Assembly: GCA_963740355.1 (NCBI GenBank)
Contig: CAVUDW010000003.1
Location: 1,504,001 to 1,568,000 of the forward strand
Reading direction: 5' to 3'
Source of the DNA: an uncultured Gemmatimonadaceae bacterium
Lineage (GTDB): Bacteria; Gemmatimonadota; Gemmatimonadetes; Gemmatimonadales; Gemmatimonadaceae
DNA: 64,000 bases
The notes under the pieces were generated by a model. That model was not told the origin of the DNA. It searched no databases and saw only the letters and a list, made by a program, of their open reading frames with translations. Shown here in pieces: positions 33,410-45,879 of the stretch. Position 1 is the first letter of the stretch; each line of letters opens with the position of its first letter. A program made the position numbers and the translations under genes.

Positions 33410-34318
33410 CTACCGCGCCAGTGTCCCACAGGCGACCGCGATCTGCGCGGCCAGCGTGGCGTTGGATTCCAGCAGCGCCAGATTGGCCGGCAACGACGCG
33501 CCATCGGTGGCGGCGAGCACCGCGCCGAGCAAGAACGGTGTCAATGCGGCGCCGGAAATGCCGGCCTCCGCGGCGTCACGCACAGCGCCCGCCACCGCCG
33601 CGTCAACCGTTTGCTGATCGAGCGCGGCCGCGGCGGGGGGCGGCTGCACTACCAGCACCGCGCTGCGTTCCCCAAGTGCCCAGTGTGCGCGCGCAATCCG
33701 CGCGATGTCTTCCGCTGAATCGGCGCGCTGCGGCACACGAAGTCCCGTGCCGAGGGTGAAGAACCCTGGCAGTTCGTTGGTGCGGTACCCCACCACGGGC
33801 ACGCCAAGCGTTTCCAGCCGCTCGAGTGTGGCCGGCAGGTCGAGAATCGACTTCGCACCCGCGCACACCACGATCACCGGCGTGTGTGACAACGCCGTCA
33901 GGTCGGCCGATTCATCGAACGGTGCGCCCCGATGCACGCCGCCAATGCCGCCGGTGGCGAACACCTCGATGCCGCCGGCATGGGCGAGCGTCATCGATGC
34001 CGCGACGGTGGTGGCACCGTCTGCCCCTTGCACCATACACGTCGCCAGGTCGCGTGCACTCACCTTTCGCACACCATCACGCGCCAGAAAGCGCTTCAGC
34101 TCCTCGGAGGTGATGCCGAGCGTCGCCTGGCCGGCAGCGACGGCGGTCAGCGCCGGCACGGCTCCCGCGCGCTCCACCGCATACACCATGCGGTGTGCGG
34201 CATCGGCGTTGTACGGAATCGGCAGCCCTTGCGACAGGACCGACGTCTCGAGGGCCACGACCGGCGTGCCATTGGCGAGCGCTTCGGCAATGTGTGGCAG
34301 TATGCGCAAGACGTGCAT
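33410..34318 (-). CDS. psuG: Pseudouridine-5'-phosphate glycosidase
   Basis: PVVALETS, ATTVAAS, FATGGIGGVHR, GAKSILD, TPFLL. Confidence 0.95.
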   Translation of the reverse strand: MHVLRILPHIAEALANGTPVVALETSVLSQGLPIPYNADAAHRMVYAVERAGAVPALTAVAAGQATLGITSEELKRFLARDGVRKVSARDLATCMVQGADGATTVAASMTLAHAGGIEVFATGGIGGVHRGAPFDESADLTALSHTPVIVVCAGAKSILDLPATLERLETLGVPVVGYRTNELPGFFTLGTGLRVPQRADSAEDIARIARAHWALGERSAVLVVQPPPAAAALDQQTVDAAVAGAVRDAAEAGISGAALTPFLLGAVLAATDGASLPANLALLESNATLAAQIAVACGTLAR

Positions 34319-34425
34319 GCAATCGGGATGGTCGTGATCGATGAATGCCCGGAGCATTCCAACGAACCGTGCGTCGAACGCCGCAGTCTAGCGCGTGCAC
34401 CACATCACACGCAGCGGCCAGCGAG

Positions 34426-35127
34426 CTACTGCGTCACCGCACCCGGTGCAACCGCCTTTGGCCCCGTTTCCCGCTCGCGCATCGACACCGGCTCGGCGGT
34501 CAACAGCAGGCGGTCGGGGGATGGCCCGACGTAGCGAGTGGGCCAGCAGGTGGTGAGTGTGAGCTGTGGCGTGCGCGACTCGAAGATCACGCGTTCGTCC
34601 TTGCCCACCACGCGACGCTGCGTGATGCGCCACATCACACTCAACATGGGTGTCTGCGTTTCGATCATGTCGCCCACACGCAGGTCGTCGAGTCGATGGA
34701 AGTGACGATCGCGGTGCGCGGAAATGACCGAGTTGCCTGTCTGCCCCGGGAATACCGTGCCAGGCATGTGTCCCGGCCCAGCCCAGAGGTCCTTGTCGCT
34801 CAGCCCTTCCACGACCACTTCGTCGAGGCGGATCGCAGGAATGATCACACGCACGACCGGTGCACCCGACGGCACACGCGTGAGATTGAGGCTTGCAATC
34901 GCGCTCAACGATGCGGACTTCATCACCTTCGTCCACTCGGCGCGCGTCCGCTCGCGAGCCACCGTGCCGCGCAGGTACTGCACACCGACCACCGTCATGA
35001 TGATGGTGCCGATCGCGAGCAGGGCAATGCCAAAGACGCGAGGAGCGCGGCGGCGAGGTGGCCGACCGCGCCCGGGCGCGTCATGGATCCCGACTGGGCT
35101 AGCTCCGAGTGCGGAGAACTGTGACAC
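34426..35127 (-). CDS. Sortase (class D-like)
   Basis: N-terminal TM; ISAHRD (His), LTLTTCWP (Cys), DRLLL (Arg) triad. Confidence 0.92.
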   Translation of the reverse strand: MSQFSALGASPVGIHDAPGRGRPPRRRAPRVFGIALLAIGTIIMTVVGVQYLRGTVARERTRAEWTKVMKSASLSAIASLNLTRVPSGAPVVRVIIPAIRLDEVVVEGLSDKDLWAGPGHMPGTVFPGQTGNSVISAHRDRHFHRLDDLRVGDMIETQTPMLSVMWRITQRRVVGKDERVIFESRTPQLTLTTCWPTRYVGPSPDRLLLTAEPVSMRERETGPKAVAPGAVTQ

Positions 35128-35641
35128 AGCCGATGGCTACGAGACCCGTGCCGAGGAGGAACACGGACGGCAATGGCGTGCCGGTGTTCGGCGCACGCAG
35201 GCCGGCACGCATCGAGTCGGGAGACACTGGCTCGGGGATGTTGCTGCGGTTCATCGATGGTGCGACGCCGCCCGCAGGCGATTCCGCTCCGGCATTGCGC
35301 GCCCCTTCTCGCACGGCGAGATCGGGATCTGCGGCAGCCGGCGCGCGCGTGGCCGGATCGCCGGCACCAGCGTTCGACACGATGAGGTTGGGATTGGTCC
35401 CAGAATCCGGCGTCCGTGCGGCAAACACACCGGGAACACCACCCGCCGCGGCCATCACGCCCAGCAAACCCAGCGGGGCAAGTGCACCGAGATCGCGCAG
35501 ACCACCACGGGAATCGCCGATCGGGCAATCACAGGTGGCCGGCGGCGTCGTTGTCGGAGGCGTCGTCGTCTGGGCGCCGAGCAGCACAGGCGCCGCAGAC
35601 ACCGCTGCCCACGCCGCAATTGTCACCGCTTGCTTGAACAT
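35099..35641 (-). CDS. Secreted protein with LPxTG-like C-terminal sorting signal (probable sortase substrate)
   Basis: Signal peptide; C-terminus APNTG, hydrophobic stretch, RTRS tail. Confidence 0.75.
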   Translation of the reverse strand: MFKQAVTIAAWAAVSAAPVLLGAQTTTPPTTTPPATCDCPIGDSRGGLRDLGALAPLGLLGVMAAAGGVPGVFAARTPDSGTNPNLIVSNAGAGDPATRAPAAADPDLAVREGARNAGAESPAGGVAPSMNRSNIPEPVSPDSMRAGLRAPNTGTPLPSVFLLGTGLVAIGCVTVLRTRS

Positions 35642-35892
35642 TCCAGAGACTCCAGCACTGTGGCGGGTGATACGTATCGCCTCGATCGAAGCGCACCTCA
35701 CATGCCAGCGGATCGGTCAAAACTGCACACCGGAGCGCGAGCTGGACAGAGGCCACAACTGACGGCGCCACCGTCAGTTAGCGAATCCTGTCAGAGGACA
35801 CATTAGTCACGGTTCAAGTAACAAGCGAGCAGGACCATTGGGTTAACGCGTCGGAGTGTGGGATCGGAGCCACACTCAGGGTGGCCAGGTGC

Positions 35893-36858
35893 CTACGGCG
35901 ACGTCGCGACCAGCCGCGGCCACGCGGCCGTGATCACCCGACCGAACTCTGCCATCGTCCGCTGTGGCTCGGAGTCGATGGCCCACCGCTGGTCGACATT
36001 CTCCCGGGTGAAAACACAGGCGACCACCCGGCTCTGGAGGTAGAACACCGCGCACTCGGTGCGCACCGCGTCCGTCGCGCCGGTCTTGTGGGGCGCCCGA
36101 ATCCCCTCGACGTACCGCTGGAGCAGCTGGCCATCCTCGTTGTGGTCGAGCATGTCCAGCAGCAGCGAATCGGCCGCCGGCGAGACGGCCTTGCCGTCGG
36201 CCAGCATCGAGAAGAGCTGCGACATCTCGTTCGGCGTGCTCACGCCCAACCCGTACTTGACCGAGCTGTCCATCGCCACGCTCGCGAGGCGCAGGAACAC
36301 CTTGGAGTGCACCTTGGTCCGCGGCAGCCCCCGCTTCTCCATCGCGTCCCAGACCCGCCGAATCTCCACCCGCGAGAGCAACAGGTTCGTGGCGGTGTTG
36401 TCACTCAGCGTGAGCATCAGCCAGAGCGCATCGCGAATCGTGATCTCCGCGCCGTCGTGCAGGAACTGCAGGACGCCCGCCCCCGGCACCTTCTCGATCT
36501 TGAGCACGGTGATGCGATCGTCGAGGGAGATCTGTCCCAGCGCGACCTGATCCAACAGCGCCACCGCGATCGGCACCTTGATCAGGCTGGCCGTCGGAAA
36601 CGGCTCGTCGCCCAGTCGGGAGAGGCGTTCACCGGTCGCCAGGTTCGTGACTGCGTACCCCACGATGCCATGGTGCGCCGCGCTGATGGAATCGAGCGTC
36701 CGGTGCAGTGTCGCGGTGTCCGCGCGCGCGGGAGCGGCCGTGCGCGAAGCACGCGTCGCTTGCGACTGCGTCGGCGGCGCGAGCAGCATGAAAGCGAGCG
36801 GGGCGATGATGGCCACCGGCCACCACCGCCCCGCTCCCCAACAGCCCGCCACGATCAC
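35893..36858 (-). CDS. Class A beta-lactamase-like serine hydrolase
   Basis: ASLIK (SxxK), SDN and KTG motifs; start uncertain. Confidence 0.88.
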   Translation of the reverse strand: MIVAGCWGAGRWWPVAIIAPLAFMLLAPPTQSQATRASRTAAPARADTATLHRTLDSISAAHHGIVGYAVTNLATGERLSRLGDEPFPTASLIKVPIAVALLDQVALGQISLDDRITVLKIEKVPGAGVLQFLHDGAEITIRDALWLMLTLSDNTATNLLLSRVEIRRVWDAMEKRGLPRTKVHSKVFLRLASVAMDSSVKYGLGVSTPNEMSQLFSMLADGKAVSPAADSLLLDMLDHNEDGQLLQRYVEGIRAPHKTGATDAVRTECAVFYLQSRVVACVFTRENVDQRWAIDSEPQRTMAEFGRVITAAWPRLVATSP

Positions 36859-37088
36859 TCGGCGGCGTCCGGGAATTCGTCGGACTTCTTCGTTGCCACG
36901 AGCTCGCGCTCGGTGCTCGTCGGGTCGTAGAGCGCGAGAATCTTGATCGTCTCGCCCGGATAACAATCGAACTCCTTTCCGGTGCCCTTGTAGACCTTGA
37001 TCTCATGCCCATCCTCGAAGCGGAGCAGCGCGAGAGGATACGAGTCGTTCGTGTACTGCTTGCGGACACGCTTCGGAGCTGTTGACAT
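36855..37088 (-). CDS. Small hypothetical protein (77 aa)
   Basis: MSTAPKRVRKQY...; GAGG RBS; coupled to the downstream gene. Confidence 0.7.
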   Translation of the reverse strand: MSTAPKRVRKQYTNDSYPLALLRFEDGHEIKVYKGTGKEFDCYPGETIKILALYDPTSTERELVATKKSDEFPDAAE

Positions 37089-37135
37089 CGCTGGACGATC
37101 CTCTGAGTGCTGAGCTGGCGGCGACGCGGGGTGCG

Positions 37136-38338
37136 TCAGGTGACCACGGGTCGGTTGGCGGCGAACGCTTCCCACGACCGCGTAGCGAGAATGTCATCGA
37201 GCACCGCCACGGCGGCCTCGATTTCCTCATCGGTCGTGTAGAAGTGCGGTGCCACCCGGATTCCTGCCCCGGGACGGTAATCGATCACAATGTCACGTGA
37301 GAGAAGGGCCTGCGCCACGGCTGGGCCCTGCGGAACGTCAAACGCCACCGTTCCCCCTCGGCGTTCGCCGTCACGCGGGGCGTGCACCTTGAAGCCGCGC
37401 TCGTCAGCGAGGGCGATCAGCCGAGCGGTCTGGCGCTGGCTCTTGGCCCGGATGGCGGCCATCCCCGCCTCGCCCACGATCGTTGGGCCATCCATCGCGG
37501 CATACAGCGCCGGCACGGTCGGAGTGCCGCCAAGCCAGCGCCAAGCGCCATCGGCCGGCGCCAGCGACGGCTCGAACGCGAACGGACGGGCGTGCGCCTG
37601 CCATCCCGTCAGCACCGGCCGCAGCGTTGCCGACTGATCTGGCGACACCCAGAGGAAACAGCCGCCGGGGCCACCGCAGAGCCACTTCAGCACGCCCCCC
37701 ATGTAGAAGTCGGCACCGAGCGCCACGACGTCGACCGGAATCACGCCTACTGCGTGATAGGCATCGAGCAGGACCAGCGCGCCGACCGAGTGCGCCTTCG
37801 CGATGATCGGCGCCACATCCATGATGTACGCCGACTTGAACAACACATGGCTGATCGCCACCAGCTTGGTTCGCGGCGAAATCGCGTCAACCACGCGCTG
37901 TGCATCGATGCTCAGGTTGTCGTCGGACGGCACCACCGTGACACGCGCACCAAGCTTCGGCGCCAACTCATCGGTGACGTACCGCACACTCGGGAAATCG
38001 AGTTCCGTCATGATGATTTCATCACGATCCGGCGAGTACGAAAGCGCCGACACGATCATCGCCTGTGCCTGACTCACCGTCGGCACCATCGACACGGAGC
38101 CAGCCGGCGCGCCCATCAGTGGTGCGACGATGTTGCCGACCTCGATCGGCAACTGCCACCAGCGATCGGCCCACGCCTTCACGCCCAGTGTGGCCCATGA
38201 TTCAGCGTACTCGGCGAGGCGTCCAGCGGTGGACGCCGGCATGGCGCCGAGCGAGTTGCTCACCAGGTACGTGCTGGTGGAAAGGATCGGGAACCGATCG
38301 CGGAAGCGCAGCAGCGGATCCTGTTCTGTCGTCGTCAT
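37136..38338 (-). CDS. kynU: Kynureninase-like PLP enzyme (class V aminotransferase)
   Basis: YLVSNSLG, DAYHAVG, KWLCGGPG, GW, DYR motifs. Confidence 0.8.
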   Translation of the reverse strand: MTTTEQDPLLRFRDRFPILSTSTYLVSNSLGAMPASTAGRLAEYAESWATLGVKAWADRWWQLPIEVGNIVAPLMGAPAGSVSMVPTVSQAQAMIVSALSYSPDRDEIIMTELDFPSVRYVTDELAPKLGARVTVVPSDDNLSIDAQRVVDAISPRTKLVAISHVLFKSAYIMDVAPIIAKAHSVGALVLLDAYHAVGVIPVDVVALGADFYMGGVLKWLCGGPGGCFLWVSPDQSATLRPVLTGWQAHARPFAFEPSLAPADGAWRWLGGTPTVPALYAAMDGPTIVGEAGMAAIRAKSQRQTARLIALADERGFKVHAPRDGERRGGTVAFDVPQGPAVAQALLSRDIVIDYRPGAGIRVAPHFYTTDEEIEAAVAVLDDILATRSWEAFAANRPVVT

Positions 38339-39657
38339 GCGGGTGTAGCCGTCATCGGGGTGAGGGTGCGGCGTGCGATCACGAAGAAGAGGGAGGCGAC
38401 GCCAAGTGTCGCACCAAGCACCGTCCACTCCTCGAGTGTGATCGAGGTCAGGAGCCAGCCGATCAACAGCACCGTGATCACAGGAATCACCGGGCCACCG
38501 GGCACCGAGAAGGGAATCGTTCCCTCTTCGCGAACGCCACGCTTGCGAAGCACCATGGTCGCCAGTGCGCAGCCGGCATAGAGTAACAGTGCCGCGAGGT
38601 TCGAGATCACGGCCAGTTGCTCGAACGAGTTGAAGATCGCCAGAAATGCCACCAGTGTGGTCTGCACGGCGATGGCGACGTGCGGCGTTCGGTACGTTGG
38701 ATGAATGGCACCGATCACGCGTGGCAGCAGCCCATCCTGCGCGAACTTCCAGATCGCGCGGGGCGCGGCCAGCGTCATGCCGCTGACGTAGCCGAACATC
38801 GAGATCGTGGCGCCGATCAGCAGCAGCAGGCGGCCCGGCGTGCCAAGGAACTGCTCGGCGGCGAAGGCCAACGGCGCCGTCTTCACCGTCGCCAGGCGAT
38901 CACCGAGCAGGCCTGCGGCGACGAGATGCACCGAGAGATAGAGCAGCGTCACGCCGATCATCGCGATGGCCAGCGCGCGGGGCACGGTGCGCGCCGGGTC
39001 CTTCACCTCACCACTCGGCACGAGCGCACTTTCGCAGCCGGAGAAGGCGAAGATCAGGATGATCGATGCACGGGCGAGACTGGCCGGCGCCGGCATGTGT
39101 TCGATCACCAGGTTCGACGGCGTGATGAAGAATGCACCGATGCCGACGAACACCAGCAGCGGCAGCAGCTTCGCCACACTCATCACCACGATCAGGTTCG
39201 TGCCCTGTTTCACACCGCGAATGTTGACCAGCGCCAAACCGACGAACGCGGCAACGATGATCGGCGTGCGCAGCGATGGCATCCCGAGCAGTGTGCCCAA
39301 TCCCTCGGCGAATGCCGATGCGACACCGGCCACGGCGGTGGTGCCGATCATCCAGAGCAGCACGCCGGCCATGAAGCCGATGTAGCGTCCGAAGACCGCC
39401 TCGACGTAGGCGTAGGGGCCGCCGGTGAGCGGCACGCGACTGCCCGCTTCCGCAAAACAGAGCACCACGCAGCCGATGACGGCCGCGCAGATCAGGTAGA
39501 CGAACGGCGCAGCGGTGCCCGCAGCGGCGGCGGCTCCGGATGGCAGGCGGAAAATCCCGCCGCCCACCGTGACGTTGAAGATGCTGGCCGCGAGTCCGAA
39601 GACCCCGACGGCGCGCACCAGGCTGGGCGCGGATGAGGTCGACGGTGAGGTAGGCAC
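38335..39657 (-). CDS. APC family amino-acid permease
   Basis: VGGGIF, GGPYAY, FAFSGCE, EVKDP, multiple TM helices. Confidence 0.93.
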   Translation of the reverse strand: MPTSPSTSSAPSLVRAVGVFGLAASIFNVTVGGGIFRLPSGAAAAAGTAAPFVYLICAAVIGCVVLCFAEAGSRVPLTGGPYAYVEAVFGRYIGFMAGVLLWMIGTTAVAGVASAFAEGLGTLLGMPSLRTPIIVAAFVGLALVNIRGVKQGTNLIVVMSVAKLLPLLVFVGIGAFFITPSNLVIEHMPAPASLARASIILIFAFSGCESALVPSGEVKDPARTVPRALAIAMIGVTLLYLSVHLVAAGLLGDRLATVKTAPLAFAAEQFLGTPGRLLLLIGATISMFGYVSGMTLAAPRAIWKFAQDGLLPRVIGAIHPTYRTPHVAIAVQTTLVAFLAIFNSFEQLAVISNLAALLLYAGCALATMVLRKRGVREEGTIPFSVPGGPVIPVITVLLIGWLLTSITLEEWTVLGATLGVASLFFVIARRTLTPMTATPA

Positions 39658-39902
39658 GCGCGCAAGATCGTCCCGAACCGTCGTTGCGGGCAGGGGGGCG
39701 CCGAACCGCGTGACCGCACCCGGCCGGCAGGCGTCGTCCAGACGGGATCGCGAGCTGGACGCGCGGGCCGTCGAGACGTGGTCAGTCGGCGCGGGATGCC
39801 GGTGGTGTATCAGGCGCGATCGGGGTTCGAGTGCCCGCGCTCCCCCGCCAGGTCATCTTTCGTGTCGGTGCAGGAACGACTTCACCTCAGCCTTGGGATG
39901 GC

Positions 39903-40958
39903 ATGACGTCGGACAGACCACGAATCGGACTGGTGCTGGGTGGCGGTGGTCTGAAGGGGTTCGCACACATCGGCGTGCTCGAGGTGTTGCACGCGGCCGG
40001 CATCGCGCCGGTGCTGATGGCGGGGTCGAGCATCGGCTCGCTGATAGCGAGCTCGTACGCACTTGGTACGCCGATCGCGAAGATGCGCGAGCGGGCGATG
40101 ACGCTGCGCCGCAAGGATCTGTTTCGTGTGAACGCGGGTGGCTTTGCGCGCGGCTTGCTGAAGAGCCCGAGCTTTTACGCCGCGGAACCGCTGCAGGCAC
40201 TGATCGCGGGCGTCATTCCCGATCGCCGCTTCGACCAGCTCTCGCAACCGCTGCTGGTCAACACGGTCGACCTCGAGCGCGGCATGCAGGTGGTGTGGGG
40301 TTCGCCTGGCTTCAAGAACGCCTCGATTCGTGAGGCCGTGTACGCGTCCTGCGCGTTGCCTGGCTTCTTTCCGCCGGGGCTGGTCACGGGCCGAGTGTGC
40401 GTTGATGGCGGCACGGTGGACAACATGCCGGTGACGGCCGCCGCTGAGTCGCTCGACCTGCTGATCGCGGTGGATGTCGGCAACAGCGAAGTTGAACACG
40501 CCGCGGATGTGACGCAGGAAGGCATTGCGTCGATCTTCATGCGCTCTGCCACACTGATGATGCGCATGCTGCAACATGCGCCGCTGGCCGCCTGGAACGG
40601 TCGTCCGCCGGTGGTGCTGATCCGACCGCATGTGAGCCGCTACGGCTGGTTCAACTTCGACAAGATCCCCACGTTGATCAGCGCCGGCGCCCAGGCGGCC
40701 GAGGAGGTGCTGGACGCCATTCCGCTGGCCCTGAAGGCCGGGCACGGCATCTTCCCGCGCCAGAACATCCGGATCGCGGTGTCGCGCGACAAGTGCACGG
40801 CCTGTGGGCAGTGCATCGCGATGGCGCCCTATGCCATGACACGCGGCGTGGATGGCAAGGCGGTGCCGCTGCAGTCGCGGTTCGATTGGAGTCCGGTGGA
40901 CAGCGATTTCACGGTGCATTGTCCCACCGGTGCGATCTCGATGCAGCGCGGCGCGTAA
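39903..40958 (+). CDS. Patatin-like phospholipase fused to a C-terminal ferredoxin-like domain
   Basis: GGGGLKG, GSSIG, DGG; C-terminal CTACGQC...CPTGAI. Confidence 0.88.
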   Translation: MTSDRPRIGLVLGGGGLKGFAHIGVLEVLHAAGIAPVLMAGSSIGSLIASSYALGTPIAKMRERAMTLRRKDLFRVNAGGFARGLLKSPSFYAAEPLQALIAGVIPDRRFDQLSQPLLVNTVDLERGMQVVWGSPGFKNASIREAVYASCALPGFFPPGLVTGRVCVDGGTVDNMPVTAAAESLDLLIAVDVGNSEVEHAADVTQEGIASIFMRSATLMMRMLQHAPLAAWNGRPPVVLIRPHVSRYGWFNFDKIPTLISAGAQAAEEVLDAIPLALKAGHGIFPRQNIRIAVSRDKCTACGQCIAMAPYAMTRGVDGKAVPLQSRFDWSPVDSDFTVHCPTGAISMQRGA

Positions 40959-41037
40959 GCGCGGAACGGACCAGGGTCAGCGCTGCAGCACCGACCTTCA
41001 CACGTGGACGAGGGATTTCAGCGCGGGCGCTGGCGAG

Positions 41038-42045
41038 TCAGGACAGCGCCGCCTTCGCCAACCGTTCGTACGCGCCAACCGCCGCCCGCATCTCCGCGAT
41101 CTCGATGAACTCGTGATCGGTGTGCGCGACGTGAATGCTGCCTGGCCCGAACAGATACGGCGTGCCCCAGTTGCTCAACTCGGGCACGTCGGTGGCATAG
41201 GCGACAACATCCGTCTCGAACCCCGCGACTGCCCCCAGCAGCACTGGCTGCACGATCGTCTCGACGTTCAACTGGCCGCGATCGCCGAGCCAGTTGCGAA
41301 GCATCGCGACGACCTCTTCGCCCGGCGTGACAATGCGAATCATCAGACGCGCGGTCGCTTCTGGCGCGATCACATTGTCGGCCACGCCGCCGGCCAGCCC
41401 GCCGATGTTGACCGTCGTGGCGCCGAGCACAGGATGTGTCGGCAGCGTAAGCGCCTCGAGCTCTGTCAGCAGCTTCACCAGGTTCGACGTCGCGCTCACG
41501 CCGTTCTGCGGATAGGCCGAGTGCGCCGCTTTGCCGTGCGTCGTGATCGTGCAGCGCAACGCCCCCTTCGTGCCGATGCCGAGCTTGGACTCGGTGGGTT
41601 CGCCATTGATCAACACCTTGCAGTTGTTCTTCATCGCGTTGGCGGCGCGCGCGCCGTCATGCGGCGCTTCTTCACCAACCACCAGCAACACCCCCACCGG
41701 CATCCCCTCGTCGCGCAGTGCGGTGGCGGCGCAGATCATCGCCGCCGCGATGCCCTTGGCGTCACAGGCGCCGCGCCCCAGCAGCCGATCCCCTTCGATC
41801 GTCGGCGGGATGTACGGCGGCACCGTATCGAGGTGGGTGGAGAAGACCAGTTCCACCGGCTTCGAGCCGTAGGCCAGCAGGTTGTCGCGACCGGGCGTGA
41901 CCGGGATCCGCCGGATGTTCCAGCCGAGTTCGGTAAGGATGCCCTCGGCGACCGTGATCACGCGGCCTTCGCTGCCGGTGGTCGATTCGGTGGCCATGAG
42001 CTGCATCGCAACGGCGAGCACGTCGGGAGCGGGAGGAGGCGTCAT
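41038..42045 (-). CDS. M20 family metallohydrolase (ArgE/DapE-like)
   Basis: THLDTVP, GRGACDAKG, GEE, GEPT, AHT. Confidence 0.92.
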   Translation of the reverse strand: MTPPPAPDVLAVAMQLMATESTTGSEGRVITVAEGILTELGWNIRRIPVTPGRDNLLAYGSKPVELVFSTHLDTVPPYIPPTIEGDRLLGRGACDAKGIAAAMICAATALRDEGMPVGVLLVVGEEAPHDGARAANAMKNNCKVLINGEPTESKLGIGTKGALRCTITTHGKAAHSAYPQNGVSATSNLVKLLTELEALTLPTHPVLGATTVNIGGLAGGVADNVIAPEATARLMIRIVTPGEEVVAMLRNWLGDRGQLNVETIVQPVLLGAVAGFETDVVAYATDVPELSNWGTPYLFGPGSIHVAHTDHEFIEIAEMRAAVGAYERLAKAALS

Positions 42046-42059
42046 CCCTGAAAACTAAC

Positions 42060-42199
42060 GATCAAGATCTCTGACCCCTTGATCGGACCCCTTGATCGGA
42101 CGATCAAGATCTCTGACCCCTTGATCGGATCAAGATCTCTGACCCCTTGATCGCGGGCCCGTTGACCGCACGCCGATCAAGATCTCTGACCCCTTGGTC
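42060..42199. repeat. Cluster of four GATCAAGATCTCTGACCCCTTGATC units (same family as the 7.5-kb array, opposite orientation)
   Basis: Copies at 42060, 42102, 42128 and 42175 (one mismatch), plus a partial copy near 42087. Confidence 0.93.
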
Positions 42200-42323
42200 G
42201 CCTCGCCGCGCTAACTTGCCTCCAGCCTGTCGACTCGGCCTTACGGACGACTCCCGGCAGTGGCTCCATTCATCACTTCGCCCCCGCCCACATCGGGGGC
42301 CCGGTTCCGGAGATCGTCGGACC

Positions 42324-45092
<2,769 letters not shown>

Positions 45093-45130
45093 TACTCGTA
45101 CATCACTTTACGCCTTCACCTCGGAAACTC

Positions 45131-45709
45131 ATGCAGATGAATCGCACCCTGACGGCCGTTGCCGTTGCCGCCTTGCTGGTCACACCAGCGTCGCTTCGCG
45201 CCCAGGCGCCGGCCACCGCCGCTCCGGCTGGTCCCGAAGTTGGACAGATGGCCCCGGACTTCACGATCAATGTGATTGGCAAGGAGGGCGCTGCTCGTCC
45301 GCTGACGTTGTCGTCGCTGCGCGGCCAGACGGTCGTGCTGGCCTTCTTCCCGCGCGTCCGCACCTCTGGCTGCACCACGCAGATGGAGTCGTACCGCGAC
45401 AAGTACGCCGAGTTGTTCCGCAGCGGCCGCAAGGTGACGCTGATCTCGATCAGCACCGACAGCAGCTCGCAGCAGCAGGCGTGGGCCAAGGACGCCAACT
45501 TCCCGATGATGTTCGGCAGCGACATCGGCGGGCCGGTCGGCACGCTCTACGGCGCGTTCATGCCCGCCAACGGCATCGACAACCGCTACCTGTATGTGAT
45601 CGATCCTGACGGCAAGATTTCGTACACGGCCAAGCCGTTCAAGCAGATGACGGATGTGGCGTACACGGATCTTGGTGCGGCAGTGGCAAAGGCAGCCGGG
45701 ACGCGCTGA
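45131..45709 (+). CDS. Exported peroxiredoxin (BCP/AhpC-TSA-like)
   Basis: Signal peptide, APDF, PxxxTxxC (PRVRTSGC), RYLYVID. Confidence 0.85.
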   Translation: MQMNRTLTAVAVAALLVTPASLRAQAPATAAPAGPEVGQMAPDFTINVIGKEGAARPLTLSSLRGQTVVLAFFPRVRTSGCTTQMESYRDKYAELFRSGRKVTLISISTDSSSQQQAWAKDANFPMMFGSDIGGPVGTLYGAFMPANGIDNRYLYVIDPDGKISYTAKPFKQMTDVAYTDLGAAVAKAAGTR

Positions 45710-45732
45710 TCGGTTGACTTGAAGCAGCCTCC

Positions 45733-45769
45733 AATCGGGCACCTCCTTCGCGGGAGGTGCCCGATTTTT
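45733..45769 (+). terminator. Intrinsic terminator
   Basis: 14-bp stem AATCGGGCACCTCC/GGAGGTGCCCGATT plus T tail. Confidence 0.85.
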
Positions 45770-45879
45770 GTTGCAGCATGGCGTGACTGCGGCCGGCGTG
45801 GGAACGAATTGTGGTGCTCACGGCTACGCCGCCCGATCGCCGCTGCGGCACCCTATCTCCCCTGAACGCAATCACCACG

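Noticed and set aside
35893..36858. Bona fide antibiotic-resistance beta-lactamase
   Set aside because: SxxK, SDN and KTG are present, but no clear omega-loop ExxLN motif; cannot be distinguished from related serine hydrolases
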